Shown: positions 13,826-26,500, counted from the whole stretch's first letter. The stretch: 61,252 nucleotides of DNA, filler included, from Chiloscyllium plagiosum (GCF_004010195.1; 3 parts of one record of this genome joined end to end with filler, not necessarily neighbours in it), one strand, 5' to 3'. Notes: generated from the sequence alone by a model not told the origin. Made by a program: numbers and translations.

Positions 13826-15059
13826 CCATGCCACTATCCTCACCAATGCCCTTTGAAACTCCAGTTACCTTCCCCTGCATGCCGTTCCTCATGCATGGAA
13901 CTTCAGAGCGACTGTGCATGTGCATAGCTTAGAGGGAACATTGCTTGTAATTCTTCAACAGAACCACTTTCCTAGTTTAACCAATGAACTTGATATATAT
14001 ATGGACCACAACAACTGGACTCTTTCTCTCCAACTCTCTCTTTCTAGCCCAGGAAGAGGTCCTTAACCTTCGCACCATATAGGAAACAACATCCTTCGGT
14101 AATCTCTATGTTGCAGAGGACAGTATCTAATCTTCTGGCTTTTCTAACTCCTATTACTACTACAGTTCTCTTTCTACCTCCACTTAAGTGGTTCTCTGTG
14201 ACATGGTGCTTTGGTTAATTCACTCATCATCCATGTAGTCTGTGACATTGTCCACACTGGGAGCAAGAATTTCATACCTATTTGGAAAGATTTATAAAAA
14301 TGTGTGGTAATTGTTGTACTCAAAATGATTTGGGAAAAACGTGCACAACTGAGAAGTCCACCAACCTCGAAAGAATGTGTTGAAGGCTGGACATGGTGTC
14401 CCAATTGGTCTGAAAGCAGTTATTACAATGTAGTGAGGCTAATGGCCTATCAATGCCAAGGTAAGGCTGAATGGTCAAGGAGACTTTGTTCAGGAGAAGC
14501 AGTTGGATAAAGACCAGGACAGGCACTCAAAAGTGAGCTACAGTCAACAAATGCCCACAGTCTGTTTTACCTGTTTGGTTTTGCACTGTTTCATTCTTAT
14601 TGGAGGGGAGAATTGAAGTTGTGGTGTTAATCAGGAAACTTAAGGTGTTAATGATGAGCAATTATATGGAAATAAGCTATTCATCACTCAAGGGCAGGAT
14701 TCTGAAATCACTATTTATGGTTTTGGGGGGGATATTGTGTGAGCTTCTCAACATCGAGAAATTGATTTATTTTTCTATTCTTGTCCTATTTATTTACCTT
14801 ATTTGCCATTACTCTTGGGACACCACCGAGGGGAAATTTCCAGCAAAATTCTGATATTTATGCAAGGATGAATTGAGAAAGAATTTCTTTTTTGGTTGGA
14901 GGGTCAATGGTGATAATTTATCAATTAAATTGAAGAAAAGATTTAGACAAAATTACTTTCAACAAACAGATAATGTGTCAATACTGTGCCATATGAAGTA
15001 GCTAAGGCAGAATCCACTGTATATTTGTGTGTGCTCTTTTCATAGCCCCAAGGCAACTG

Positions 15060-16198
15060 GTTAGACCAGGTGAAAGTAGACTGGTTAGTAAAGTTAGATC
15101 TCATGGAATACAGAGAGAACCAGCCATTTGGATTAAAACTGACTTGAAGATAGAAGACAGAGGGTGGTGGTGGAGGGTTGCTTTTCAGACTGGAGGCCTG
15201 TGACCAGTGGTGTGCTACAAGGATCAATGCTGGGTTCATTGTTTTTTGTCATTAAATTAAATGATTTGGATGTGAACATAGGAGGTATATTTAGTAAGTT
15301 TTCAGATGACGCCTAAATTGGAGGTGTAATGAACAGCAAAGAAGGTTACCTCAGAGTACAATGGGATGATAAGGTGGGCCAATTGGCTGAGGAGTGGCAG
15401 ATGGAGTTTAACTTGGATAAAGTGAGTTTCTGCATTTTGGAAAGGCAAATCACAGCAGGACTTATACACTTAATGGTAATGTTTTAGGGAGTGTTGCTGA
15501 ACAAAGACACGTTGCAGTGCAGGTTAATAGTTTCTTGAAAGTGGAGTCGCATGTAGTTAGTATAGTGAAGAAGGCATTTGATATGCTTTCCTTTACTGGT
15601 CAGACCATGACTATAGGAGTTGGGAGGTCATGTTACAGCTGTACAGGACATTGGTTAGGCCATTTTTGGAATATTGCATGCAATTCTGGTCTTCTTCCTA
15701 TAGGAAGAATATTGTGAAACCTGAAGGGTTCAGAGTAGATTTTCAAGGATTTTGCAGGGCTGGAGGATTTGCACTATTGGGGCTGTTTTCCCTGGAGTGT
15801 TGGAGGCTGATGGGGAAACCTTATAGAGGTTTATAAAATCATGAGGGGCATGGATAGAGCAAATATACAAGGTCTTTTCCCTGGGGTAGAGGAGTCAAGA
15901 ACTAGAAGACTTAGGTGTAAGGTGAGAGGGGAAAGATTTAAAAGGGACCTAAGGGGCAACTTATTCACATAGAGGGTGTTGCGTGTATGGAATGAGCTGC
16001 CAGAGGAGGTGATGAAGGCTGGTACAATTGCAAGGCATTTAACATGCATCTGGATAGGTATATAAATAGGAAGGGTTTAGAGGGATATGGGCCATGTGCT
16101 GGCAAATGGGGCTAGATGAGGTTAGGATATCTGGTCAGTATGGGCGAGTTGGAACAAAGGATTTGTTTCTGTGCTGTACAGTTCTATGACTATGACTC
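15060..16198 (+). mobile_element. CR1-clade LINE, 5'-truncated and decayed
   Basis: W.PVTSGV.QGS.LG, SKFSDDA (FADD-like) and LYRTLVRP.LEYC.QFW motifs; (ctatga)n tail. Confidence 0.9.
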
Positions 16199-16199
16199 T

Positions 16200-16560
16200 T
16201 AAGTTTTTTGAAGTGCAGTCACTCTTGTCATGAAAGAATGGGGCAGTCATTTTGCATATAGCTCCTGTAAGCAACATTATGATAATGAGCAGATTATTCT
16301 GGTAAAGTGATGTTAGTTGAAGGATAGTGTTGGCCATAAAATCTTGGATAATTCCTCTACTAATCTGCGCAGTAGTGGCATGGGATATTTTAATAACACA
16401 TTAAGTATTAAGGTGATACCTTGGTTGAATATGTTACCTGAAAACCTACATCATTACCAGTATAGCAGTGCCTTACCATTTAACTCAAAGTGTTAACTTG
16501 GATTAAAAGGCCAAATCTCCAGAGTGGGACTTGAACTCACAATGTTCTGATATAGAGGCA
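16200..16560 (-). mobile_element. Ancient tRNA-derived SINE (DeuSINE/SacSINE-like)
   Basis: Reverse B-box gtgggacttgaactcac at ~16523-16540. The body resembles shark DeuSINEs (from recall). Confidence 0.45.
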
Positions 16561-18506
16561 ACATCAACATATGATGGGAAATGCTTTGATATTATTTCCT
16601 TTATAAACTGACCGACTACTAATGCCATTTAAGTAGAATCATTTCTAAAAACATGTTCATGAGAAACAAGATCTAGTTTTAATTCAGTTTGGATTTAAAA
16701 TATTTGTTTTTTTTTCATTCCTTGTCTGAAAGTCAAAGATGCCACAAGGAACATGAAAATCAAATGTGTTGCTGAACTGAGAGGATAGCAATATCGTTTG
16801 GACAGTCCTTTCATCACCAGCAAGTTATGCTCATTTATCATATTCCAAACTGACCTATATATGCAGAAATTAGCACAGCAGTCCATGGCTTGTTGCATGA
16901 TCACATCTTTTTTTCTGTATTCACTGTCTCAAAGGAATTCTCTATTTGTTCAGCAACTGCATATAGTTTGAACAAATTTCATAAACCTAGTCTTTGACTT
17001 GTTTGGCAATTGCTTTCTCAAAAGATATTGCTGAGTGGAAGGAATAAATCTAAGCTTTATATGATGCAGTACATGTAGGTCATGTTGCAAATACTGAGGA
17101 GAGGATCTTGGTAATCCAAGATGAATAGCTTACTGCTATCATAAAGCCACTTCTTGCTTCATAATTCTTATTCTGATTATTTTATATTTGCAATAATTCT
17201 AACCTTTTGAAAGATTTTAGATTTGGAAGTTATCTGTTTCTTTGACTTCATTTTAAATCAGTCAAAATTAAAGCATTTTAAAATCTCACTTATGTTGCCT
17301 GTATTTGAATTGTGATCAACTGAATTTTAACAAAATCTAACAGGGCAAAAGAAAATGTTTTAACTGACATCTTTGTTCCCACAGGATTGAAAAAGTGATG
17401 GGATAATATTTTCAGAAAGAAGCCATTTGAGGCTTTGGAGTGGATGTAATTCTAAAGATAGTGTTGAGTTGCTAAAAGATGAGCTTTACGTATCAGCTAT
17501 GTAGGTCAAGTGAATTGGGATGCTTCATCTTTGAGGTTATAATCTGCTTACACAGCACTTTTTAATTGTGCTTTCTTTCCTTGCTTTCTCATTGCAGTAA
17601 AGTGGAAAATTAACAACTTGGGTGATCCACATGTTTTTAGTTGGAGATATTCAGTTTGATCATGTGACAAAATTACAGCTTAAATTACAAACTCATAAAT
17701 AATAAGTGACTTTGCCTTGAAATTACACGCCATGAATATTAATGAAAATCTTCTGTTTGGTCCCATTTTTATTGAATGGGTTATTCGCAATGGATCAGCC
17801 TCCATTGAAACAGTGCACAGGGGAATTTTGTAGAAAGGTGTGCAGCATTTGTAATTGAAGGACATTACAGGAGCTTTTATCATGTGAAACAAAAAAACAG
17901 AAATTGATGGAAAATCTTTGCAGGTCTGGAAGCACCTGTGAAGAGAAATCAGAGTTAACGCTTCAGGTCCAGTGCCCCTGAAGAAGTTCTGCAGAAGCGT
18001 TGCTGTGATTTCTACCAACTTCTGTTTTCATTTCAGATTTCCAGAATCTCCAGTTGTTTCTTTGTTTTTGTCTTATATTGTGTGATTTGTTGCCAAAATT
18101 ATGAGTTTGAGTTCAATAGAGACTAGTCAAGGAGAAGGCAAAGTCAATTGTCTTTAGACTTGGACTTCAAAAAGTGATATTTTTATGCATTAATCTTATA
18201 AATAGTGCTATAAGCAGGATTATTATAGATCTAAGCTCTGGGAAGTCCACCTCAGGAAAGGCCTAATTTTTCTTGTGCTTAGGTTCACGTGCTTTCTCAA
18301 TCTCTCCAGATGAGATAATTCTAATTCCAAACTATGCTATTTATGTTCAGTGATATGCTGAGCCATTACATTGCTGCAAGGTCGCGATAGAATCTTGAAG
18401 CCTTAAGTAACGCATTTCTCAAAGCCTTCCTTCTCCAGTCATTAACATGGATTAACAGTTATGCACACTCTCAAGTCAGTTACTTAGAATACATACTTTT
18501 ACAACA

Positions 18507-18725
18507 TTAAAAATCACACAACACCAGGTTATAGTCCAACAGGTTTAATTGGAAGCACTAGCTTTCGGAGCGACGCTCCTTCATCAGGTGGTGATGGCCA
18601 CTTGATGAAGGAGCGGTGCACCGAAAGCTAGCGCTTCCAATTAAACCTGTTGGACTATAACCTGGTGTTGTGTGATTTTTAACGTTATACACCCCAGTCC
18701 AACACCGGCATTTCCAAATCATGAC
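18507..18725. mobile_element. Palindromic PLE-type non-autonomous unit with two opposed hammerhead-like motifs
   Basis: Arms 18507-18591 and 18598-18682 are reverse complements, followed by a ~43-bp tail. Flanked by tacttttacaaca / tatatttacaaca. Confidence 0.75.
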
Positions 18726-18985
18726 TATATTTACAACAATTATTACAAGTTTTTGCCTTACTTCTCCTTGTCCTCCCTATGTCTTTGACTCGATAAATCT
18801 GTTTTAATAGATAGATCAGGAAAGTCTGAAACTAGGTACAAATAACAAATTTGGTAATTATTCTTTAGCTTTGCTGGCTTAAACTAAATCAATGATTCAG
18901 GTGATCTAGCAGTTTGACGACATGTCCTGAAAGAGTAGTAGAAAACAAGAGATCCATTGTAGGTACAGTCATAATGTAGGTGCAG

Positions 18986-19068
18986 TCAAAGTTGCAACCC
19001 CAACCTCACTATCAAAGTTGCAACCCCAACTTCACTATCAAAGTTGCAACTCCAACCTCACTATCAAA
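18986..19068 (+). repeat. 26-bp tandem repeat, ~3.2 copies
   Basis: Unit tcaaagttgcaaccccaacctcacta at 18986, 19012 and 19038. Confidence 0.9.
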
Positions 19069-19238
19069 CACCTGAACTCCCCCACCCCTCTCACCCACTC
19101 CAACCTCTCACCCTCGGAACGCGCAGCCCTCCACTCCCTCCATTGCAACCCCAACCTCACTATCAAACCAGCAGACAAGGGAGGCGCGGTAGTAGTTTGG
19201 CGCACCGACCTCTACACCGCTGAGGCCAAACGCCAGCT
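19069..19238 (+). mobile_element. PLE reverse transcriptase N-terminal fragment, cut by a gap
   Basis: SNLSPSERAALHSL...NLTIKPADKGGAVVVW: the IKPADKG motif characteristic of Penelope-like RTs. Confidence 0.85.
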
Positions 19239-19338
19239 NNNNNNNNNNNNNNNNNNNNNNNNNNNNNNNNNNNNNNNNNNNNTTAATTAATTAANNNNNN
19301 NNNNNNNNNNNNNNNNNNNNNNNNNNNNNNNNNNNNNN
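19239..19338. other. Assembly gap with artificial linker
   Basis: N-run, TTAATTAATTAA (stop codons in all six frames), N-run; ~100 bp. Confidence 0.95.
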
Positions 19339-19757
19339 TTCCCTGGAATGTTGGAGGCTGAGGGGTGACCTTATAGAGGTTTACAAAATTATGAGGGGCA
19401 TAGATAGGATAAATAGACCAAGTCTTTTCCCTGGGGTCGGGGAGTCCAGAACTAGAGGGTATAGGTTTAGGGTGAGAGGGGAAAGATATAAAAGAGACCT
19501 AAGGGGCAACCTTTTCACGCAGAGGGTGGTATGTGTATGGAATGAACTGCCAGAGGATGTGGTGAAGGCTGGTACAATTGCAACATTTAAGAGGCATTTG
19601 GATGGTTATTTGAATAGGAAGGATTTGGGGAGATATGGGCCGGGCGCTGGCAGGGGGGTCTAGATTGGGTTGGGATATCTGGTCGGCATGGACGGGTTGG
19701 ACCGAAGGATCTGTTTCCATGCTGCACATCTCTATGATTCTATGATTCTCTATGATT
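19339..19757 (+). mobile_element. CR1-clade LINE 3' end
   Basis: RLRGDLIEVYKIMRGIDR...FTQRVV..WNELP; (ctatgatt)n tail. Confidence 0.9.
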
Positions 19758-22700
19758 TAAAATCCAGAACACTGCAAAATTCATCATACAGGCTTCACTC
19801 TTTAAACAGTTAACCAAAGGGTGCTTTAAAAATCTTTCTATTTCATGTAGGGTATATTTCCAGGTTATAGACAGGAAATACAGATTATGTACAGAAACAA
19901 CATAAGCTGAGGAACAGGACATTGTCTTTGCCACTGCCTTAGTTCTGCCAATTGTTACACTCACGTAGGTCAATAGAGCATATCCTTTCTGGAACATGTC
20001 TGGTAATGCCCTTTTTGTCTGATACCCACAGAGTTTTGACCAATCTAAAGTTCCACCATAAAATGTGTCAGCTCGATGGTTTCTTTTGTGCAAATTGGTC
20101 AAATGAATCACACTGTGAAAAAGAAGTGAATGCAAATTGATTCCCCAGCAGTCAGAAAAATAATTACTATTAACCAGAAATGCCATCAAGACTTGAAAAG
20201 AAAAACAGATTGACAGCTGGGATGGAAAAAGATATATAACACATTCATTTGTGTTTCTTTTTTCAGACATTGATCTGCTGTGTATTTGGTAGCATGTTCT
20301 AATTTTACAATGTATCCATCCACTAGTCAATGGGTTTTAGTGTCATTTTTGTTTTGCTGAGCACTATGTGATGGGTTGAACTTCATTTTGAAGGGTGAAA
20401 TCTGTTTGGATTGAAATGCACTCATGTACAAATGTCTTTCCTGATTTGCCATAGTCATGTGACTGCACCATGAAGCACACACACAACAGGCAGCCTCTGA
20501 CAAATGCTTTGAAGTCTCCACTCTGACCCGACTATTGTCTTACAAAACATGGTGTCAAAAGTGAAGCTGAAATTGAGTATGAAAGAATTGTAAAAAAGAG
20601 TCAGCAATTGACAGAGTGACACATGTATATTCTGAGCAGCCATAACAAATAGAAGTAAACTGAAGAAAATCCAAGGCCACAGCTAAAACACTACCAGGGA
20701 AAAATAACCGTAGCTTTCTCTTCCCAACTCTGGTCAAAATGAAAGGTGATATGAAGCAAAACTATCAGTTGCCAAATTATGGAATAGCAACAGACCTGTT
20801 TAACAAACCATGGTAGCTATGAATCACTAAACTCTTATCATTATTGGGAAGAGACTGTTGCAAGTGTATCCAATCCCGATTCTCTTTGAAGAAAAGAACA
20901 GACTACAAAAATATTAAAAGTCTTGAAGCATGCTTTAAACCCCAAGTGAGTGTTGCTTATGAATGGTATTTGTTCAAGTCAGGGTTCAAAGAGAAAAGAG
21001 TCCCTTTCATTCAATCTTATCAGAGTACCTGAGCTTGCAGCACCCTATGAATTAGCACTACTAATTATTGAGCTAAAGTCAGGACTGGAGTAGAGATCCT
21101 GCAGTACAGAAGTACTGAGGTAGCCAATCAACAGCTAGAGCACTTTCATGACAGAATAGATATAGTCTTGCTTGATGCTGATTGATAATCCAGGCCCAAA
21201 GGACAAAACACTCATAGACAAAGAACAGGAGGGAAATAATGTAGAGGGCATCTTGCAAAAGAGAACAAAATATTTCCAGAAAGAGGAAAGCAGAATCCTC
21301 ACTACTTATTTTGTACACAAGTGAATGGCTAGAAGGAAGCAGAACAAGTAAGTACATATGTTCACTAAAGATGAAGATTCTGATGAATCATTTCAACAGG
21401 TTCAGCCAGAGTGATGTATGTTTGTGACTACTTGAATGATAGTTGTAGAAGGAGACCATCAGGACAGGACAAGGTGTCAGTTAGACACCAGTGTATTATG
21501 CAACATCATGATTTTCAAACACCCGTAGGTCAATGTGGGATCCAAAAATTAGTCCTCAAGAGTAAGGTTGATTCTAAATGATGGCCCTATACTTGTGTCA
21601 AGAAGACAGATTACTCTGTAAGTCCAATACAATCACATGAATGATGATATGGAATTCCAGATCATACATGGCAAGCAAAATCTTGGCCAGATCTGTTGAA
21701 AGGTTGGACTAGTAATCCTTAATGTGCCAAATGAGATTGGCAATGTGTTACAGCTCAGTGAACCAGATCTAGAGAAACACAATAATATATTTACAGCTTT
21801 AGGTTAGATTCCTGATGACTATCACATCAAAGTGTAGGACCAATTCAGCATCTACTGAGGGAAGTTCCAGCTCCCCTCTCAAGACTAGATCGAAAAGTTA
21901 GAAAATCAAAATGACAGCTCCTACAGATTGGGTTACCAGCATTGTATTTGTGAAACTACTTGGAAAGCTGAGAGTATGGATATGAATGAAACTCTGAAGA
22001 GATCTCACAACCCAATAGCAGCAATCAAAGGAATTTTGCCCCAATGTACAAGGGTAAAAATATTCACAATCCTAGATGCAAATAAAAAGTTATTGCCAAC
22101 TAAATTTGTATGGAAGTATAAGATTTCTAACTATATTCTGAATGCTGTTTAGGAGATATAGATGATCGTACATGCTATCTGGCACATGGCTTCAGAGGAA
22201 TATCAGTATGGACAACATGAGATACTTAGAGATCTTCTTGGAGTGAAAATTATTGTGGATGATCTGATAGTTCATGAATATGGAGACACAATGGAAGAAA
22301 CCATCGCTCTTCATGATCAATATGAAGTAAACCTGCTAAACTGACTTCACCAGATGAACCTGAAGCTTAAGAAAACAAAGTTAAAATGCAAAGAAAAATG
22401 CCCAAAGTCAAGTCCATATACTATGTGCTAACAGCAAAAAAAGTCTTTACACAGTTAAGACCTGTAGCAGTGACATAGAGGTGAGCAGATGTAAAGGCAG
22501 TGCTATGGTTTCGTGAGTTTGTGAATTATTTGGCAAAATCCTTGTCTAATTTGTCATTGGGATGTGAACCATTATATCAATTTACAACCAAGGACATGCA
22601 TTGATTGTGAAACATGGAAAAAGAAGTGGCATTCACTAAAATCAAGCAACTGGTGACAGCAGCACTTATGTAAAATGGTAATTTCTAATGTCGCCAAGAC

Positions 22701-23138
22701 AGGACTTGGGGAAACCCTAATGCAGCAAGGTCTGAGGCATTATCACAAATTAAATGACCCTTGGTCATATCAAGAAAGAATGTGTGTGTATTATCTTTGC
22801 TTGAAAACATTTGCATCAATACCTACCTGGAAGAGACAAAGTGACAGTAGAGTCAAACCACAAGCTTCTTCAAAGCATTTTCCTCAATATTAGTGCCTGG
22901 CCCAAGTGTCTTCAACAAATGTTATTCTGGTTTCAGAGATCCACTATATACGTCACGTAAACAAGAGGAGCAGAAGCACATTGTCCACATGCTGTTGAGA
23001 GCAGCTCTCCCGACACTGAAAGCAGAGGATGCAACAACATAGTGAAAACTCTTCCAAATCCAACATGAAGCAGCATTTTGTCATGTTCTGAAAGTCATCA
23101 ACCGAGAAGAGACATTAAAGATAACAATTAAGAGACTC

Positions 23139-23528
23139 CCTCATAGCCCTACACTTTGAAAAAAACCACCATTTCGACTGGGACAACACATCTATCCTGG
23201 GACAGGCTAAACAAAGACATGCCAGAGAATTCCTAGAGGCCTGGCACTCCAACCACAACGCCATAAACAAGCACATAGATCTAGATGCCATCTATCAACC
23301 CCTCAGAAAATGAACAGGAAATGACATCACCACAAACCCCAGGAACCCCATCCAGGAGAAAGATATAAATAGAAAGCAGGAGACAACAGCTTCGCTTCAC
23401 TTGGAGGTCGCCACTGATGATGTTACCTAGCCAGGGAATGAAACGTCTGGATATCAACCCTACAGCTCAGCGGGCAAACCTACACCCTAAACCTCAAGCT
23501 GAGCTACAAACCTTCACAAACCTTGCGA
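23139..23528 (+). mobile_element. Penelope/Poseidon-type PLE 3' fragment inserted into the Gypsy pol region, with a hammerhead core at 23411-23450
   Basis: HHFDWDNTSILGQAKQRHAREFLEAWHSNHNAINKHIDL (GIY-YIG C-terminus with catalytic E and N). Flanking agactc duplication at 23133-23138 and 23529-23534. Confidence 0.8.
23411..23450 (+). ncRNA. Minimal type I hammerhead ribozyme-like motif
   Basis: cca-CTGATGA-tgttacctagccagggaat-GAAA-cg-TC-tgg. Stem I cca/tgg, imperfect stem II, palindromic ACGU stem III. Confidence 0.6.
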
Positions 23529-26500
23529 AGACTCACTCAAATCAAGAAAACTATTCAACAAGATGCAACTCTCCAAATGTTGCAAGAAGTCATGGTGAAA
23601 ATATGGCCTAAAAGCATCAAGGGACATACCTTTTATGATAAGTGTGCATTGGACATGAAGAGGTGAATTTCAGCCCAAGATTGCATATTGTCATTCTTTC
23701 TAAGAAGTTGAGAAGCAAGATGTTAAAATGCATCTATTCAAACCAATAAAGAATTGAGTCAAATCTGATGAAAGGAAGAAATGTGCTCTTCCCAACAAAC
23801 ATAAGCAACAAATTCAATGATCACACCAACCAGTTCACTGCTTGAAATCATCACCAAGCTAAGCAAGCTAGACAGCCAGTCATGACATCCCAGGTGGACC
23901 ATGAATAAAGCTGGGAGTAGACCTCCTCATTCTCACAGGAAATGATTATCTTGTCACCATAGATATCTATTCTGACTACTCGGAGATGCATTAGCTGGCT
24001 CTGAAGACATGACTTCCTACACAATTCATCGATCAACGATCAAACCTAAAGGTCCAAAAGAATCCAATCACAGAAATTGAACAATAATTGATACTACAGC
24101 AGCAATAAATTGCATGAGAACGAGAGGATCAAACAGCCAACAAAATACACATATGTACCCTAAAGAGGTCACCACAATTTAAAGACCATAATACAATGTA
24201 GAAACTGACAAAAATAACAAATTGCTAATGCATGAGAACAGTTGTGTTAGCCTGGGGATAATTTAAAATGTACATGACAATAGTTCAGTTTTTAAAAATC
24301 TTTTTGTATAAATTGGGCCATGTTTGGATTAAAATACAATGAGGAGCAAATGTTCTGCCTGGTCTGTCATAGTCATGTGACTTCCAACATGAGATACATC
24401 CACTCCAGGCAGTTACCTTAGAGACCCTTCAATAAACATTTGATTCTGGCCACAGTGCTGCCTTGCAAACAGGAAAAAAAATGTCTGCCAGAAATGATCA
24501 AAGGAAAGCCTGATTCAAAGACTTATTGGTGAAGTCTGCTAAGACATAGACAGAATGGTTTGCTTTTCAATGTGTATTGAATTTTGCCAGAGTCTTGAGA
24601 AGACTAGTTTCCCTATGCTGAACTGTCTTCTCTTATGCATGATGTCTTCTGCAGTATTTGCATCCTGTCCCTTGTCTGTAATTGCTCTAACCTGTGTGCC
24701 TGCAGTATCTGTGCCTGCAAAACCTGGTCTGTTCAGCCATAAGTATGCTTGGTATGCTGATTCACAACTTTTGCACTTCTGCACAGGTCAATTACTCTCC
24801 TGAGTGTACGTTTGTCTTCTCTTGGTAGGCATACTTTCACTTTTGGTTTCCTTATTCCTAATACATTCCTACCTCTAATTAGTTCATCCTTTAATTATGC
24901 AAATTCATAGATTCCTGCAAGCTGGGTTAATGATGTTATGAATTGATCAATGGAATGTTTTCACTTTGTTTCCTTTTTTGAATACACACCAGCCATATTT
25001 ACTGTTCACTTGGGACTGGAAGTATGCTTTCAAAGTTTTTAAAAAATTGTTGTGCTTCTACTCTTCAGAGAGATTTTGGGTGGAATATATTTTGAAAGAG
25101 TCTCTTGCAAACGGCATTAAAAGTGACATGACTTGTATTTGCTCTGGTTTGCTCAACAAACATGTAGCTGTCTTATATCCGTGTCATTACTCATGGAAGG
25201 ATTTTTAGTTTCACCTTATATCTTATTATTTGAACAGGAGCTGGTTTGGCAAACACTGCAGCCATTTTCCCGAGAGCAGGGCTTTCACTGTGACCTTCAT
25301 TGTTTTTTTCAGTGGCAGTTTACATTTCTATAGCAATTATTTTAATTTCAGCCCTGGAAGTCACCTCAGTACCTCTTTTGACTCTATGTTTTGAGTGTGT
25401 GACATCGCAGTGTGTTCAATTATAATGGTGTTTGTTGAAGTGAGGCTTAGGATGTCTGCCTACTGGTGTGTGCCCAACAGTAAAAATCACATGACTAAGG
25501 CAGATAAGGACATACATTTGCAAATGATTGCATTTTAATCTAAACATAGTAGTTGTGGCAATTGACAATATTCCAGCTAAGGGGATCATTTGCTTAGAGA
25601 GAAATTCTCTTTAAGGAGAGCCAAACTTCAGACAATTTTGAGGAAGAAATAATGAACAACCATAACAATGTAAGAGAAGGTTCGATTTGTTTAAGAATTC
25701 CTGTCAAACCAAATTTGAAATATCTAAAATAGACTTAAAACATTTCTCTTTGAAAAATAATAATTTTGGAAGCACATGCGAAATAAATGATTGACTTTTC
25801 GAAATTTGGCTGACCATTTGTAAAACATGCTGAATTAGATGTTCCATTCACTGAATTGACAAATGTTGAGGCATGCTAAACTTTTGAGGCAAATAACATC
25901 TGAAACAGGACAACTGGAAATTTATGCAAAATAAGACAAACATAAAATTTTGATCATTTAACTGCAAACATTTGGTAGATAAACTAATATAAGTAACAAT
26001 ACTGAAAAAAAGATTCCTTAGTCATAGAACTGTAGGATGATTTAATTATTCATTTCCATAATTTTGTTGATGTGCAAGGAACATTGACTGCTTGAGTGAA
26101 AGAAAATACACTCAATTTCCTGGTCTAAAAAAGGCTGTGCATGTTAAATTATCTCTCTCAAACATCTTGTCAAGTCCTTTCAATCATGTCCATGACCCTA
26201 CCAAAGGCCCAACAAATCATTTCATATGCATCTCCCTTCCCAAAAGTATCATGTTTTCTGTTACTTACATAACCATTGACCCTTGCAATATCTGACTCAG
26301 GAGATTTGCTGATCTGATTATAGTGTCACATTTAGCATGCACGACACTTTCAATCTATCACATTTTAGTAATTGACTGAGCATCATATTTGCATCTGCAT
26401 AATTTACATCTGAATCTCATGCTGTAAACTATCTGGAACACTTCAATGATTTGTTTAACTAATCAATATCTGTTCAATTAAGCATCCTGGCTTACTCAAA

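Larger units (their letters stand above)
20403..24471 (+). mobile_element. Decayed Ty3/Gypsy LTR retrotransposon with short (~150 bp) diverged LTRs
   Basis: LTRs 20403-20549 and 24321-24471 (tgtttggatt...atagtcatgtgact...aaaca). PBS-like tggtgtcaaaagtg at 20550. Protease QLDTS.LCNIM ~21480; RT FTILDA and ASEEYQ...VKIIVDDLIV ~22060-22270; RNase H .AKTGLG.TL.Q ~22690; integrase KLGVDL...DYLVTIDIYSDY ~23910-23980. Order is PR-RT-RH-IN. Confidence 0.8.

Noticed and set aside
13844..13943. Possible hAT-type MITE ending ttagagggaacattg
   Set aside because: The left TIR is too degenerate and there is no 8-bp TSD; it cannot be supported without a search.
18986..19068. CRISPR-like array (also considered for 47494-47693)
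   Set aside because: Head-to-tail repeats without unique spacers, no cas genes, and vertebrate context.
19239..19338. Palindromic TTAATTAATTAA between N-runs (also at 47214-47312)
   Set aside because: Identical layout at both gaps with stops in six frames: a scaffolding linker, not biology.
19740..20330. 196-aa minus-strand ORF and the many other 60-160-aa ORFs in unique DNA
   Set aside because: No recognisable domain or splice-supported structure; expected by chance, or antisense to repeats.
24539..24803. Overlapping ORFs with CxxC-like and Cys-rich look
   Set aside because: No coherent motif spacing; low-complexity tgtgcctgca repeats explain the composition.
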